In this document: piece after piece, positions 18,654-29,053 of the stretch
Layout of the letters: every line of letters starts with the position of its first letter
Numbering within the stretch: position 1 is the stretch's first letter
Source: Oleiagrimonas sp.
Lineage (GTDB): Bacteria > Pseudomonadota > Gammaproteobacteria > Xanthomonadales > Rhodanobacteraceae
Length of the DNA stretch: 64,000 nucleotides
Assembly: GCA_035690885.1 (NCBI GenBank)
Contig: DASSKC010000062.1
Coordinates: forward strand, 733 to 64,732
Direction of reading: 5' to 3'
Program-made: the position numbers and the translations under genes
The notes under the pieces: model-generated
What the model was told of the DNA's origin: nothing
Seen by the model: the letters and a program-made list of their open reading frames with translations, nothing else
The model's database searches: none

Positions 18654-20083
18654 GCGGGTTGCCGCGTTTTGCCGTCGTCGGCCATCCCAACAAGGGCAAG
18701 TCGAGCATTGTCGCCACGTTGGCACAAAACGACGGTATTGCCATTGCGCTGGAGCCGGGGACCACGCGCGACAGCGACGTTTATCCGCTGCGTGTGGATG
18801 GCGACACGCTGTACGAGTTGATCGATACACCGGGTTTTCAGCGACCGCGCCAGGCGCTGGGATGGATGCGCGAGCACAGCCGCAGCGCGTCAGATCGCCC
18901 GGACACGGTGCGCGCCTTCGTCATCCAGCATCGTGGCGATGCGCGTTTCCACGATGAGTGCGAATTGCTGCAACCGATCATCGACGGTGCCGGCATCTTG
19001 TACGTGGTCGATGGCTCGGTGCCGTATTCCAGCGAAAACGAAGCGGAGATGGATATCCTGCGCTGGACCGGACGACCCAGCCTGGCGTTGATCAACCACA
19101 TCGGCGATCACGACTGCAGCGCGTCCTGGGAGGCAGCGCTCGGCCAGTATTTTCGCATCGTGCGCCATTTCGACGCCGTGCGCGCGCCATTCGAGGAACA
19201 CCTGGGCCTGTTGCGCGGTTTCGGCGAACTGGCATCGGGTTGGCGCGAACCGCTGGAACGTGCGGTTCATCACCTGCGCGAGCAACGCAAGCGGCGCGAC
19301 ACGCAGGCCGTCACCCTGATCGCCGCGGCACTCGGTGACATGTTGAGGCACACGGAAACCAGAACCCTGCGCGAAGGTGCCGATCGCGGCGAGGCGGAGT
19401 CCACGTTGCGCCAGCGCTGGCGCGACTGGGAACGTCAGCGCGAGAAACAGCTCCGCCAGGACATCGAGAAGCTGTACCGGCATCGGCGCCTGGAACGCCA
19501 GGAGCGCGATCTCGCATGGGATGCCGACGACGACCTGTTCAGCGAACGCACGCGACATGCGTGGGGCGTCAGTCGCGCCTATCTTGCCGCTGCGGGCTTC
19601 GGTGCCGGTGCCTTGGGCGGTGCCGGTATTGATGCATTGGCTGTCGGCCACACGCTGGGCGCCGGCACCGTGATCGGCGGGGTGCTGGGCGCCGCCGGCA
19701 GCATCTATTACGGCGGCAGGCTCGACCGACTCAAGTTGGGTCCGCTGTCATCCGGCGGTCAACAGGCGCGTTTCGGACCCGTGCGCGACCCGCAATTCGG
19801 CTACGTGGTGCTCGGTCGCGCGCTGGAACATGCATGGTGCGTGGCGCGCCGCAATCATGCCGGCCGTGACCCGCTGGCACTGGGCGACAGTGGCGACCGC
19901 TGGCTGCAACACCTGGGCAAGCGGCAACGGATGTCATTGCAGAAGGCGCTGCTGGCGCCGCCGCGCGATGCGGGTGATGCGCGGCGGCGCGAAGCCATGG
20001 AGGCGGCAATCGATGACGCGATGACCGCGTTTGATGCCTGGCGCGCTGGGAAGGATGTCCCGATCAGCCGCGCACCTCGGTGA
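18650..20083 (+). CDS. Membrane-associated P-loop GTPase (MMR_HSR1-type G domain plus DUF3482-like C-terminal region)
   Basis: G1 [10 protein letters not shown]3 DTPGF, and a Gly-zipper hydrophobic stretch [38 protein letters not shown] start at MSGLPRF (ATG 18650). Confidence 0.8.
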   Translation: MSGLPRFAVVGHPNKGKSSIVATLAQNDGIAIALEPGTTRDSDVYPLRVDGDTLYELIDTPGFQRPRQALGWMREHSRSASDRPDTVRAFVIQHRGDARFHDECELLQPIIDGAGILYVVDGSVPYSSENEAEMDILRWTGRPSLALINHIGDHDCSASWEAALGQYFRIVRHFDAVRAPFEEHLGLLRGFGELASGWREPLERAVHHLREQRKRRDTQAVTLIAAALGDMLRHTETRTLREGADRGEAESTLRQRWRDWERQREKQLRQDIEKLYRHRRLERQERDLAWDADDDLFSERTRHAWGVSRAYLAAAGFGAGALGGAGIDALAVGHTLGAGTVIGGVLGAAGSIYYGGRLDRLKLGPLSSGGQQARFGPVRDPQFGYVVLGRALEHAWCVARRNHAGRDPLALGDSGDRWLQHLGKRQRMSLQKALLAPPRDAGDARRREAMEAAIDDAMTAFDAWRAGKDVPISRAPR

Positions 20084-21254
20084 TCAGCGCATCCAGCCAC
20101 GCCAGCATCGTGTCGATTTCGTCGGCCGATACATTCAGTGCCGGCATGAAGCGCAACAGATTGCCGCGCGGCGCATTCAGCAACAAGCCTTCAGGTGCGC
20201 GATTGCGCGCGGCCTCGACCAGTGCCGGACCATCGTCGCGGTCCATTTCCAGCGCGCGCAACAAGCCCTGTCCGCGTTCGCCGTGCATGCCCCATTTGTC
20301 CGACAGCGCATTCAAGCCGGCGGACAGCTGCTCGGCACGCGCGTTGACGTCGTCCATGAACCCGGGTGCGGTCAGCGCATCGAAAACGGCGACGCCGACC
20401 GCGGTCATCAACGGATTGCCGTTGTAGGTGCCGCCCTGATCGCCGGGCTCGAAGCAGCTGACGGCTTCGCGTGAACACAGGGCCGCCAGCGGTACGCCGC
20501 CGCCGATGCCCTTGCCGAGAGTCATGATGTCCGGCTCGATGTCCGCATGCTGATGCGCATACAGCTTGCCGGTGCGGCCCATGCCTGTTTGCACTTCATC
20601 CACGATCAGCAGCATGTCGTGTTCGCGTGTCAGCGCACGCAACTCACGCAGGAACTCGCCAGTGGCGGGGAGCACGCCGGCCTCGCCCTGGATGGGCTCG
20701 AGCATGACGGCGACGGTGTCGCTGTCGATCAGCGCGCGTACCGATTCAAGATCATTCAGGTCGGCCTTGGGAAAGCCGTCCACCTGCGGTGCGAACTTGC
20801 GGTCCCAGCCGGGCTTGCCGGAGGCCGACATCGTCGCCAGGGTACGGCCATGAAAGGCATGGTCGAAAGTGATGATCTTGTACGCGCCGTTCTTGTGCAG
20901 CTGGCCCCATTTGCGCGCCAGCTTGATGGCGCCTTCGTTGGCTTCGGCGCCGCTGTTGGCAAAAAACACGCGGTCAAAACATGATGAGGATACGATGCGC
21001 AGTGCCAGGTCGATGGACGGCTGGTTGTACAGCGCCGGGGACGGGTTGATCAGTGCCCGCGACTGCAGTGCCAGCGCCTCGACCACGGCCGGGGGGTTGT
21101 GTCCCAGACAGTTGACCGCCCAGCCCTGAATGAAATCCAGATAGCGCTTGCCGGTGTCGTCTTCCAGCCAGGCACCGTCGCCGCGGACGAAGATCTGGTC
21201 GGGGCGCGAGGTGATTTCCATCAGGGCGTTCAGCCCGGCACGGTCGGTGGTCAT
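20064..21254 (-). CDS. argD: Acetylornithine/succinylornithine-type class III aminotransferase
   Basis: [39 protein letters not shown] (PLP-binding Lys). Only the C-terminal 396 aa of the 759-aa ORF are used (ATG at 21254). Confidence 0.85.
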   Translation of the reverse strand: MTTDRAGLNALMEITSRPDQIFVRGDGAWLEDDTGKRYLDFIQGWAVNCLGHNPPAVVEALALQSRALINPSPALYNQPSIDLALRIVSSSCFDRVFFANSGAEANEGAIKLARKWGQLHKNGAYKIITFDHAFHGRTLATMSASGKPGWDRKFAPQVDGFPKADLNDLESVRALIDSDTVAVMLEPIQGEAGVLPATGEFLRELRALTREHDMLLIVDEVQTGMGRTGKLYAHQHADIEPDIMTLGKGIGGGVPLAALCSREAVSCFEPGDQGGTYNGNPLMTAVGVAVFDALTAPGFMDDVNARAEQLSAGLNALSDKWGMHGERGQGLLRALEMDRDDGPALVEAARNRAPEGLLLNAPRGNLLRFMPALNVSADEIDTMLAWLDALITEVRG

Positions 21255-21365
21255 GGAGCGGGTCCGGCAAATGAGTGTGGGGACCGATACTGTAAGGCGA
21301 TTGACCGCCGCTGTGTCAGGACGGGTCGTGATGAGGGCGCGAATCGGCGACAATGGGCGGTTTGA

Positions 21366-22562
21366 TTGACGCGGAAACATGACGTCGTGAAGTTCGATGT
21401 ACTGGTCATCGGCGGCGGTGCCGCCGGCTTGATGTGCGCGCGGGTCGCCGGCCAGCGCGGTCGACGCGTGTGCGTGATCGAGCACGCCAACCGGGTCGGC
21501 AAGAAGATCCTGATGTCCGGTGGCGGACGCTGCAACTTCACCAATCTTGGCGTAACGCCGGAGAATTATCTCTCCGCCAACCCGCATTTTGCCAAGTCCG
21601 CGCTGGCACGCTACACGCCGTATCACTTCATCGACATGGTCGATCGTCACGGCATCGCCTGGCACGAAAAAGAGTTGGGCCAGCTGTTTTGTGACGACTC
21701 GTCCAAGCAGATCGTGCGCATGCTGCTGGACGAGTGCGCGGCCGCCGGAGTGCAGATCGAGACATCGTGTGATGTTGATGCGGTGCGTCATGCCGACGGG
21801 TGTTTCTCGGTGCGCACATCCCGTGGCGTCGTACAGGCCGACGCGCTGGTGGTGGCCTGCGGTGGCCTGTCGATTCCGCGCATGGGCGCCACGGGGCTCG
21901 GCTACGAACTGGCGCGCCAGTTCGGGCATGTCGTGTTGCCGACGCGCGCCGCGTTGGTGCCCCTGACCATGAGCGGCAAACACCTGGAACGCCATCATGA
22001 TCTGGCTGGCGTCAGCCTGCCGCTGGCGGAAGCGCGTGCGGGCGGACAGGCGTTTCGCGCCGGCATGCTGTTTACCCATCGCGGCATCAGCGGGCCGGCC
22101 ATCCTGCAGATTTCGTCGTACTGGCAGCCGGGTGACGAGCTGCGCGTGGACTTGTTGCCGGCGTTCCGGGGTGGTTGGTTGTTCGAGCAGCGCCATGCAC
22201 GTCCCGACGCCAATCTGGCCACCGTGCTCACCGAAGCGGTGCCCAAGCGGCTGGCCCATCGACTGTGCGAAACCTGGTTCGACAACCATCCGATGCGCCA
22301 ATACGCCGAAGCGCAATTGCGCGACATCGAGAATCAGCTGCACGATTGGCCGATCGTCGCCAGCGGTACCGAGGGCTACCGCACCGCCGAGGTCACGCTC
22401 GGTGGCGTGGACACCCGTGGACTGTCATCGCGCACCATGGAGTCCAGACACGTGCCGGGCTTGTATTTTGTCGGCGAAGTGGTCGACGTCACCGGCTGGC
22501 TGGGCGGCTACAACTTCCAGTGGGCGTGGGCTTCCGGACAGGCGGCCGGCGAGGTGGCGTGA
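21366..22562 (+). CDS. NAD(P)/FAD-dependent oxidoreductase, YhiN/HI0933 (BaiN-like) family
   Basis: [16 protein letters not shown] and [13 protein letters not shown] are hallmarks of this family. The start may instead be GTG 21387. Confidence 0.85.
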   Translation: MTRKHDVVKFDVLVIGGGAAGLMCARVAGQRGRRVCVIEHANRVGKKILMSGGGRCNFTNLGVTPENYLSANPHFAKSALARYTPYHFIDMVDRHGIAWHEKELGQLFCDDSSKQIVRMLLDECAAAGVQIETSCDVDAVRHADGCFSVRTSRGVVQADALVVACGGLSIPRMGATGLGYELARQFGHVVLPTRAALVPLTMSGKHLERHHDLAGVSLPLAEARAGGQAFRAGMLFTHRGISGPAILQISSYWQPGDELRVDLLPAFRGGWLFEQRHARPDANLATVLTEAVPKRLAHRLCETWFDNHPMRQYAEAQLRDIENQLHDWPIVASGTEGYRTAEVTLGGVDTRGLSSRTMESRHVPGLYFVGEVVDVTGWLGGYNFQWAWASGQAAGEVA

Positions 22563-23501
22563 TCAGCGCTGTGCACCCTGCGGGAACTGGACCTTGTCCG
22601 GTTCGCTGTTCAGGGCGGGCAGGGCCCGACGCAGGATGCGATTGCGGCGTCCGGTCGTGTCCAGGGGCTTGACCGGATAAGACACCACGGCCTCCAGCCA
22701 GGCGTAGCTGTTGACCCGGAAGTAGACCGCGGAAGCGGTTTCCTGGTCGCCTTCGTGATCGGCGTGTTGCTCGGCGAAGTCGTCGTCGGCAGCCTTGCGC
22801 AGGCACGCCTCGACAAAATCCAGGTCACTGGTATAGGCAATCTGTACCGGCGTCTCGTTCCATATGTACGGCTTGAACGGGCCCGAATAATTGATCGCCT
22901 CGGACTTCAGCACCGTGGCATTGGGGAAGCGGATGATGCGTCCACTGGCGCGGTCATTGCCCAGATACACGCCGTTGCATTCGCGTAGTGTGGTGTCCAG
23001 GTAGCCGATCTCGATCACGTCGCCGCGCATGCCGTCGATCTGGATGCGGTCGCCGACGTGGTAGGGGCGCCGGAACACGATGTACAGCCAGCCGATGAAC
23101 GAGGTGATCGGTGCCTGCAGGGCAAAACCCAGCACCAGCGATATCAAGCCGAAACTGACGGCCGCGGCGTACAGGTTCTGGAACGCGAACGCGATGATGA
23201 CGATGGCGATCAGCACGTATTTGGTCAGCCGTGTCACTCGTACCAGGTTGTAACGCACGCCATGGCTGTCGCCGGCGCGATCGATCAAGCGTTCCATGAG
23301 GCGACCGGCCAGCACGATGACCATGATCGAGAACAGCGCCAGGCTCAGGCGTTTGACCCATGGTGCGTAGTGTTGCCATTGCGCGGCGAAGTCCGGCTGC
23401 AGGCGCGCCACAAGGCCCAGCTCCAGCACGTAGTAGATCACCAGAAAGAGCAGGGCCAGCAGGGCGCCCTCCCAGATGCGGTACTTCTTTGATCGCGTCA
23501 T
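22563..23501 (-). CDS. Mechanosensitive ion channel family protein (MscS-like)
   Basis: TM segments followed by PYHVGDRIQIDGMRGDVIEIGYLDTTL (MscS beta-domain). I start at MTRSKKY (ATG 23501). Confidence 0.85.
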   Translation of the reverse strand: MTRSKKYRIWEGALLALLFLVIYYVLELGLVARLQPDFAAQWQHYAPWVKRLSLALFSIMVIVLAGRLMERLIDRAGDSHGVRYNLVRVTRLTKYVLIAIVIIAFAFQNLYAAAVSFGLISLVLGFALQAPITSFIGWLYIVFRRPYHVGDRIQIDGMRGDVIEIGYLDTTLRECNGVYLGNDRASGRIIRFPNATVLKSEAINYSGPFKPYIWNETPVQIAYTSDLDFVEACLRKAADDDFAEQHADHEGDQETASAVYFRVNSYAWLEAVVSYPVKPLDTTGRRNRILRRALPALNSEPDKVQFPQGAQR

Positions 23502-23657
23502 GATCCGGCCACTTTGTCCCGTGTGGATGAAAACCGTGTATGCCTCACGGTAGCGAAAATCGGACGCAAAGTGCACGTCACGTCGTTTGCAGTCGCTCGC
23601 GCAATGGCGTGGGATACGATAAGGACTTTCGCCATGTTCGATTGCGGGAGTGAGCCC

Positions 23658-24491
23658 ATGAGCAGTTCGTATGTTCCACCCAAGGTCTGGCAATGGGAGC
23701 CGAAAGACGACAACCGTTTTGCCAGCGTCAACCAGCCGACGGCGGGCGCGCGGTTCGAGCGCGAACTGCCGGTCGGCAAGCATCCGTTGCAGTTGTATTC
23801 ACTGGCCACGCCGAACGGGCAGAAGATCGGCATCATGCTGGAAGAACTGCTGGAGCAGGGCATCGCCGGGGCCGAATACGATGCCTGGCTGATCGACATC
23901 GGCGAGGGCGACCAATTCGGCAGCGGCTTCGTCGCGGTCAATCCCAATTCCAAGATCCCGGCGTTGGTGGATCGTGGCGTGGAACCCGCGCAGCCGGTGT
24001 TCGAGTCCGGTGCGATCTTGCTGTATCTGGCGGAGAAGTTCGGGGCATTCGTGCCCACTCGATCCGCGGCGCGCACGGCTTGCCTGTCGTGGTTGTTCTG
24101 GCAGGTGGGTTCGGCGCCTTACGTGGGGGGCGGTTTTGGCCATTTTTACGCCTATGCCAACGAAAAGTACCGCTACCCGATCGACCGTTTCACGCTGGAA
24201 ACCAAGCGCCAGCTGGACCTGCTGGATCAGCATCTGGCGGTGAACGAATACATGGTCGGTGCCGAGTATTCGATCGCCGACATGGCCGTGTGGCCCTGGT
24301 ACGGCGCACTGGTGACCGATCAGGTGTATGACGCGGCCGAATTTCTCGACGCCGGCTCATACACCCATTTGTTGCGCTGGCAAAAGCAACTGGCGGAGCG
24401 TCCCGCGGTCAAGCGCGGGCGACTGGTCAACAAGAGCAGCGGCGGCTTGCGCGAGCGTCACGCCGCCAGCGATTTCGACGGGCTGCTGTAA
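23658..24491 (+). CDS. yghU: Nu-class glutathione S-transferase (YghU-like)
   Basis: LQLYSLATPNGQKIGIMLEEL...KIPALVD...ESGAILLYLAEKFG. I start at MSSSYVPP (ATG 23658). Confidence 0.85.
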   Translation: MSSSYVPPKVWQWEPKDDNRFASVNQPTAGARFERELPVGKHPLQLYSLATPNGQKIGIMLEELLEQGIAGAEYDAWLIDIGEGDQFGSGFVAVNPNSKIPALVDRGVEPAQPVFESGAILLYLAEKFGAFVPTRSAARTACLSWLFWQVGSAPYVGGGFGHFYAYANEKYRYPIDRFTLETKRQLDLLDQHLAVNEYMVGAEYSIADMAVWPWYGALVTDQVYDAAEFLDAGSYTHLLRWQKQLAERPAVKRGRLVNKSSGGLRERHAASDFDGLL

Positions 24492-24544
24492 ATCATCTCG
24501 TCATACCCCGGTAGGAGCGTTTTGAACGAACATGCTGTCGTCAA

Positions 24545-25300
24545 TCACGGCGCGGGCGAGTCGCCGTAGTATTCGCGCAGCAGCGCGGCAACCCCCGGCT
24601 CGGCCTCGGCCAGTTTCCCGGGCGCGGAAAAGTACATCTCGCTGACGACCGCGAAATATTCGCTCGGGTTGGTGGTGGCGTAGGTGTCGATGCCGGTGTA
24701 CTCGCCGTTGCGGGTCGCTTCGATCAGTCGTTCGTAGGCCCGCTGGAAGGTGTCGATCCATGCGTTTTGCTTGATCTCGCGCGGCAGCACCGGCAAGCCG
24801 TCCGGTGGACCGTTGCGCATGTCCAGCTTGTGCGCGATCTCGTGGATCACCACGTTGAAGCCATCCCAGGGGTGCGACAGGCTTTGTTCGACGGCGGCCC
24901 ACGACAGCACCAGAGGGCCGGCCGGCCAGGCCTCGCCGGCGCGGATCTCGGCTTGCTCGGAGACCAGTCCGGTATATGGGTCGGGACGGTCGTTGCGTAC
25001 GCGAAATTCGCCCGGGTACACGATGACGCTGCGCCAGCCGCGCAATACATGCGAGTCCATGTGCAGCACGGGAATGGACGCCTGCATGGCGATCAGCAGG
25101 CGCTGCGTGACGTCCAGATGCGTATCGACGGGATGGAAGCGCTTGTGATGCAGGAAATCAGTGGCCAGCTGGCGCAGTCGTGCCTGTTCGTCGGCAGGCA
25201 GCCGTTGTGCGATCGGACAGTGCGCCAGCCCCTGGTGCCACAGGATGTCATCAATGGGAGGTGGAGCGCGCAGCGCAGCCAGCCGGTCAAGCCATTTCAT
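24545..25300 (-). CDS. mtfA: Zinc-dependent peptidase MtfA (M90 family, Mlc titration factor-like)
   Basis: 251 aa. HEIAHKLD metallopeptidase motif and NPSEYFAVVSEMYF. Confidence 0.85.
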   Translation of the reverse strand: MKWLDRLAALRAPPPIDDILWHQGLAHCPIAQRLPADEQARLRQLATDFLHHKRFHPVDTHLDVTQRLLIAMQASIPVLHMDSHVLRGWRSVIVYPGEFRVRNDRPDPYTGLVSEQAEIRAGEAWPAGPLVLSWAAVEQSLSHPWDGFNVVIHEIAHKLDMRNGPPDGLPVLPREIKQNAWIDTFQRAYERLIEATRNGEYTGIDTYATTNPSEYFAVVSEMYFSAPGKLAEAEPGVAALLREYYGDSPAP

Positions 25301-25442
25301 GCTTTTGCCACCGCGTCATCGGTTGATGACAATCAGATGCTTCCATGTGGCAGTGGTTTCAAGATGCCCGTGCTCGTCTGCCGTCACGGCATGAAGCCGG
25401 TAGACTTCCGCTTTCAGTCCTTGATCGAGGAGATGGTTGCGC

Positions 25443-25982
25443 ATGACCGAGCTGGTTTATTTCGCCTACGGGTCCAACATGCTGCGCGAACGGCTGGATG
25501 CGCGCTGCCCGAACGTGCGTCCGGCGGGCAATGCGGTATTGCACGAGCATCGTCTGACGTTCGATCAGTTCAGTCATGTCGATGCCTCCGGCAAGGGCGG
25601 CATCGTGCCGGCGCCGGGTTCGCGCGTGCCCGGCGTGTTGTGGATCTTGCCCGTGAGCGACCTGCCGGCGCTGGATGCGGCCGAGAGTGCCGGGCGTGGT
25701 TACCAGCGTGTCAGCGTGCCGGTCACGCGCGAGCAAGGTGATGTTTGCGAAGTCATCACATATCGACCCATCGATCTGCGTTCCGGTCTGAAGCCATGGG
25801 ACTGGTATCTGGCACTGGTCGTGGCCGGTGCCGAGCAACACGAGTTGCCTGATGCGTACGTGCAGCGATTGCGTGAGACACCATCCGCGGCAGATCCGGA
25901 AGCCGAGCGTCCAGGACGGCTGGCGGCGCTTGATGCGTTGCGGCGTGCGGATGCGCAGATGCTTGACGCGCGATCGGCGTGA
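25443..25982 (+). CDS. Gamma-glutamylcyclotransferase-fold protein (AIG2/GGACT-like)
   Basis: YFAYGSNM N-terminal signature. SD 'gaggag' lies about 10 nt upstream of ATG 25443. Confidence 0.8.
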   Translation: MTELVYFAYGSNMLRERLDARCPNVRPAGNAVLHEHRLTFDQFSHVDASGKGGIVPAPGSRVPGVLWILPVSDLPALDAAESAGRGYQRVSVPVTREQGDVCEVITYRPIDLRSGLKPWDWYLALVVAGAEQHELPDAYVQRLRETPSAADPEAERPGRLAALDALRRADAQMLDARSA

Positions 25983-25988
25983 TTTGCA

Positions 25989-26063
25989 GGTCGGGTTGGC
26001 TTCATCAACCCGACATCCGTATCGTCGTTTGACACGTCGGGTTGATGAAGCCAACCCGACCTA
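25989..26063. repeat. REP-like palindromic element, copy 1
   Basis: Perfect 27-bp inverted repeat aggtcgggttggcttcatcaacccgac / gtcgggttgatgaagccaacccgacct around a 21-nt spacer. It is intergenic. Confidence 0.85.
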
Positions 26064-26128
26064 CGCGATGGTTGTGCCATGTAAAATGTTGCGTGTCTGA
26101 TGTTTGTTGTTCGTTGGAGTCGACCGTA

Positions 26129-27094
26129 GTGACAGCGCAACACGATTCGCAGGGCCAGTCGCTGCAGCTTCCCGGTGTGAAAGTGTTGCCGCGTCCGTTG
26201 CGTCGTCGCCTGCAAAAGCAGGTGCTGGCCGTATTGAGCCATGATGGCACCGCCCCGGATTACGATGCGCCGATCGGCGATCCGGGCCTGTTCGGGCCCG
26301 ACAGCATGACCTGGAAGCTGCATGCCGATTTTCCCAGCATGATGGCTGGCGGACTGGCCGCGTTGATGCTGCAGATGCTGCATCCGCTGGCGTTGGCGGC
26401 GGTGTGGGATTACTCCAGTTTTCGTGACGACATCCTGGGGCGTTTGCGCAGCACCACCGCCTTTGTCGGGCGTACTACCTACGCACCGCGCGTTCCGGCC
26501 GAAGAAGCGATCACGAAAGTGCGCCGCATTCATCGCCACGTGGTCGGTACCGCCGCCGACGGGCGAGCCTACCGTGCCGACGACCCGCATCTGCTCAACT
26601 GGGTCCATTGCGCGGAGTGCTGGTGTTTCTTGCGCGCCTACGAAACCTACTGCCGGGGGCCGCTGCCCACGGTGATGCAGGATCGTTACCTGCGCGAGAT
26701 GGCTTGGGTGGCCGAGGAGCTGGGTGCGCGCGACGTGCCGGCTACGGTCGACGAACTGGATGCTTTTTTTGCCGGGGTTCGTTCCGAGCTGGTGTGCGAT
26801 GCGCGTACCCGTGAAGTGCTCCGCATCCTGGGCGAGATCCGTTTGCCGATTCCGATGGCCGGTTTGAGTCGCAACGTGTTCCTCGGCGCTGCCGCCGCCT
26901 TGTTGCCCGATTGGGCGTTGGCGTTGTTCGGCAGAACCCGGCTTGCCCGTGTGCGTGACCATGCGGCGGCGCAGTCCTTGAAGGTCGTTGCACCGAGCAT
27001 TCGTGATGCCATGGCCGAAGGTGGCCTGGCGTGGCGTGCCTGCGCGCGCACCGGCACCGATTACGAGCGGCTGTTCGATTTGCATAATGGTTGA
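26129..27094 (+). CDS. Oxygenase MpaB family protein (DUF2236)
   Basis: MTWKLHADFPSMMAGGLAALMLQMLHP...RRIHRHV pattern. I use GTG 26129 with 'ggag' 9 nt upstream, because the longer ORF start lies inside the REP element. Confidence 0.75.
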   Translation: MTAQHDSQGQSLQLPGVKVLPRPLRRRLQKQVLAVLSHDGTAPDYDAPIGDPGLFGPDSMTWKLHADFPSMMAGGLAALMLQMLHPLALAAVWDYSSFRDDILGRLRSTTAFVGRTTYAPRVPAEEAITKVRRIHRHVVGTAADGRAYRADDPHLLNWVHCAECWCFLRAYETYCRGPLPTVMQDRYLREMAWVAEELGARDVPATVDELDAFFAGVRSELVCDARTREVLRILGEIRLPIPMAGLSRNVFLGAAAALLPDWALALFGRTRLARVRDHAAAQSLKVVAPSIRDAMAEGGLAWRACARTGTDYERLFDLHNG

Positions 27095-27168
27095 ACTCGC
27101 TCATTGGACACGTGTGGCCACTTGATTGCATGATCGGTGCGTTGCCGTTGCACGCCTGAGGGGGCTGT

Positions 27169-27366
27169 ATGCGCACGTTGTCGCGCTGGTTGCCAATCAT
27201 CCTGTTGCTGCCATGCATCGCCTTGTTGTGGGTGCCGTTCTACAACCGCATTGAACCGCAGATCGGCGGGTTCCCGTTCTTTTACGTGTGGCTGGTCGGC
27301 TGGACCGTGATTACCGCGGCGCTGACCTGGCTGGTCTGGCGCGTGCAGAAAAGGGCGCGGTCATGA
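27169..27366 (+). CDS. DUF3311-like small membrane protein (accessory to solute:sodium symporter)
   Basis: 65-aa protein with 2 TM segments. ATGA overlap with the downstream SSS transporter is the usual arrangement for this family. Confidence 0.7.
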   Translation: MRTLSRWLPIILLLPCIALLWVPFYNRIEPQIGGFPFFYVWLVGWTVITAALTWLVWRVQKRARS

Positions 27367-28898
27367 GCGGCATCCGTTTCGATGGCGTCACCGTGGGCGT
27401 GTTCGTGTTCTTTTTCGCGCTGGTGACGGTGCTTGGTTTCGTCGCTTCGCGCTGGCGACGCGGTGATCTGTCGCAATTGTCCGAATGGGGGCTGGGCGGG
27501 CGTCGTTTCGGTGGCTTCGTGACCTGGTTCCTGCTCGGTGGCGACTTGTACACGGCCTACACGCTGGTGGCGGTGCCGGCGCTGGTTTACGCGGTGGGCG
27601 CGTACGGCTTTTTCGCCATGCCCTATGTGATCCTGGTGTATCCGTTCGTGTTCATGACCATGCCGCGGCTGTGGAACGTGTGCCGCAAGCATGGCTGGGT
27701 GACGTCGGCGGATTTCGTCGCGGGCCGCTTCGGCAGCCGCGGTCTGGCACTTGCCGTAGCGGTGACCGGCATTCTGGCGACCATGCCGTACATTGCCTTG
27801 CAGCTGGTGGGGCTGGATGTGGTGTTCAAGGCCATGGGTTTCGGTACGCTGGGCATCGGGCGCGAGACGCCGCTTATCATCGCCTTCGTGGTGCTCGCCG
27901 TGTACACCTATTCGAGCGGCTTGCGCGCGCCGGCGCTGATCGCGTTCGTCAAGGACGCGATGCTGTATATCGCCGTGATCGCGGCGATCATCATCATCCC
28001 CATGCAGTTGGGCGGTTACGGTGCCGTGTTCGATGCCGCCAGGGATGCGTTTGCGGCCAAGGGCGGGGCGACGGGTCTGGTGCTCAAGCCCGAGCAGTTC
28101 ACGGCGTTCGCCACGCTGGCGCTGGGTTCGGCGTTCGCACTGTTCCTGTACCCGCAGGCGACCACGGCCACCTTGAGTGCCAAAAGCGCCGAGACCATCC
28201 GCCGCAACGCGATCTGGCTGCCGGCGTACAGCATCATGCTGTTGCTGGTCAGTCTGCTCGGTTACATGGCGATCGCGGCCAACATCCACGTGTCGGACAA
28301 CTCGATGGTGGCACCGGCGCTGATCAATGTCAGCTTTCCGCCGTGGTTTGCCGGCTTCTGTTTTGCCGCCTTCGCGCTTGGCGCGCTGGTGCCGGCGGCG
28401 ATCATGGCCATCGGCGCCGCCAACCTGTTCACGCGCAACATCTGGCGTCCTTATGTAAACCGCGACATGAGCGACGCCAGCGAATCACGCATGGCCAAGA
28501 ACATCTCGCTGCTGGTGAAGTTCGGCGCGCTGGCCGCCGTGTTGTTCCTGCCGACGAAGTTCGCGATCGACCTGCAACTGCTGGGCGGTATCTGGGTTCT
28601 GCAGATTTTCCCGGCGGTGATCTGCGGCCTGTTCACGCGCTGGTTGCGTCCCGGACCGTTGCTGCTTGGCTGGGCGGTCGGCATGGTCGTGGGTACGACG
28701 CAGCCGGTGCTGCATGGGTTGGCACCGGTTTACACGTTCACGGCCGGTGGTTCGCATATCGGCATCTACACGGGTTTGCTGGCGCTGGCCATCAATCTGG
28801 TGGTGGCGGCGCTGGCGACCCTGGTTGCCGCCGCGATGGGCCGTGGCACGCAGGTTGATCGTACTCGGCCGGCCGATTACGAGGATGCGGTCGAATGA
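27363..28898 (+). CDS. Sodium:solute symporter (SSS) family transporter
   Basis: 511-aa polytopic protein. EWGLGGRRFG..TWFLLGGDLYTAYT is typical of SSS. I start at MSGIRF (ATG 27363). Confidence 0.85.
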   Translation: MSGIRFDGVTVGVFVFFFALVTVLGFVASRWRRGDLSQLSEWGLGGRRFGGFVTWFLLGGDLYTAYTLVAVPALVYAVGAYGFFAMPYVILVYPFVFMTMPRLWNVCRKHGWVTSADFVAGRFGSRGLALAVAVTGILATMPYIALQLVGLDVVFKAMGFGTLGIGRETPLIIAFVVLAVYTYSSGLRAPALIAFVKDAMLYIAVIAAIIIIPMQLGGYGAVFDAARDAFAAKGGATGLVLKPEQFTAFATLALGSAFALFLYPQATTATLSAKSAETIRRNAIWLPAYSIMLLLVSLLGYMAIAANIHVSDNSMVAPALINVSFPPWFAGFCFAAFALGALVPAAIMAIGAANLFTRNIWRPYVNRDMSDASESRMAKNISLLVKFGALAAVLFLPTKFAIDLQLLGGIWVLQIFPAVICGLFTRWLRPGPLLLGWAVGMVVGTTQPVLHGLAPVYTFTAGGSHIGIYTGLLALAINLVVAALATLVAAAMGRGTQVDRTRPADYEDAVE

Positions 28899-29053
28899 AG
28901 GAGCGTTGGCGGGTGCCGGGCCGAGCGCACGGGCCTGATTTGCCGTCGCGTTATGGCCATCGGTAGGATGCGCCCCGACGGCAGGTCCAAACGATTAAAC
29001 TATGCGTTCTACGTCCATTGTCGGCGCCATCCACATCCGTTGCAGGAAGTCCC

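Noticed and set aside
21255-22343. N-terminal 363-aa extension of the 759-aa ORF 20064..22343 (-)
   Set aside because: Only the C-terminal 396 aa look like an aminotransferase. The extension is antisense to the well-supported YhiN-family flavoprotein gene and is compositionally aberrant.
26042-26128. Longer start (26042) for the MpaB-like gene
   Set aside because: The first 22 nt of that extension lie inside the REP palindrome, so its first seven residues (MMKPTRP) are translated repeat sequence. A GTG at 26129 with a good SD gives a sensible N-terminus.
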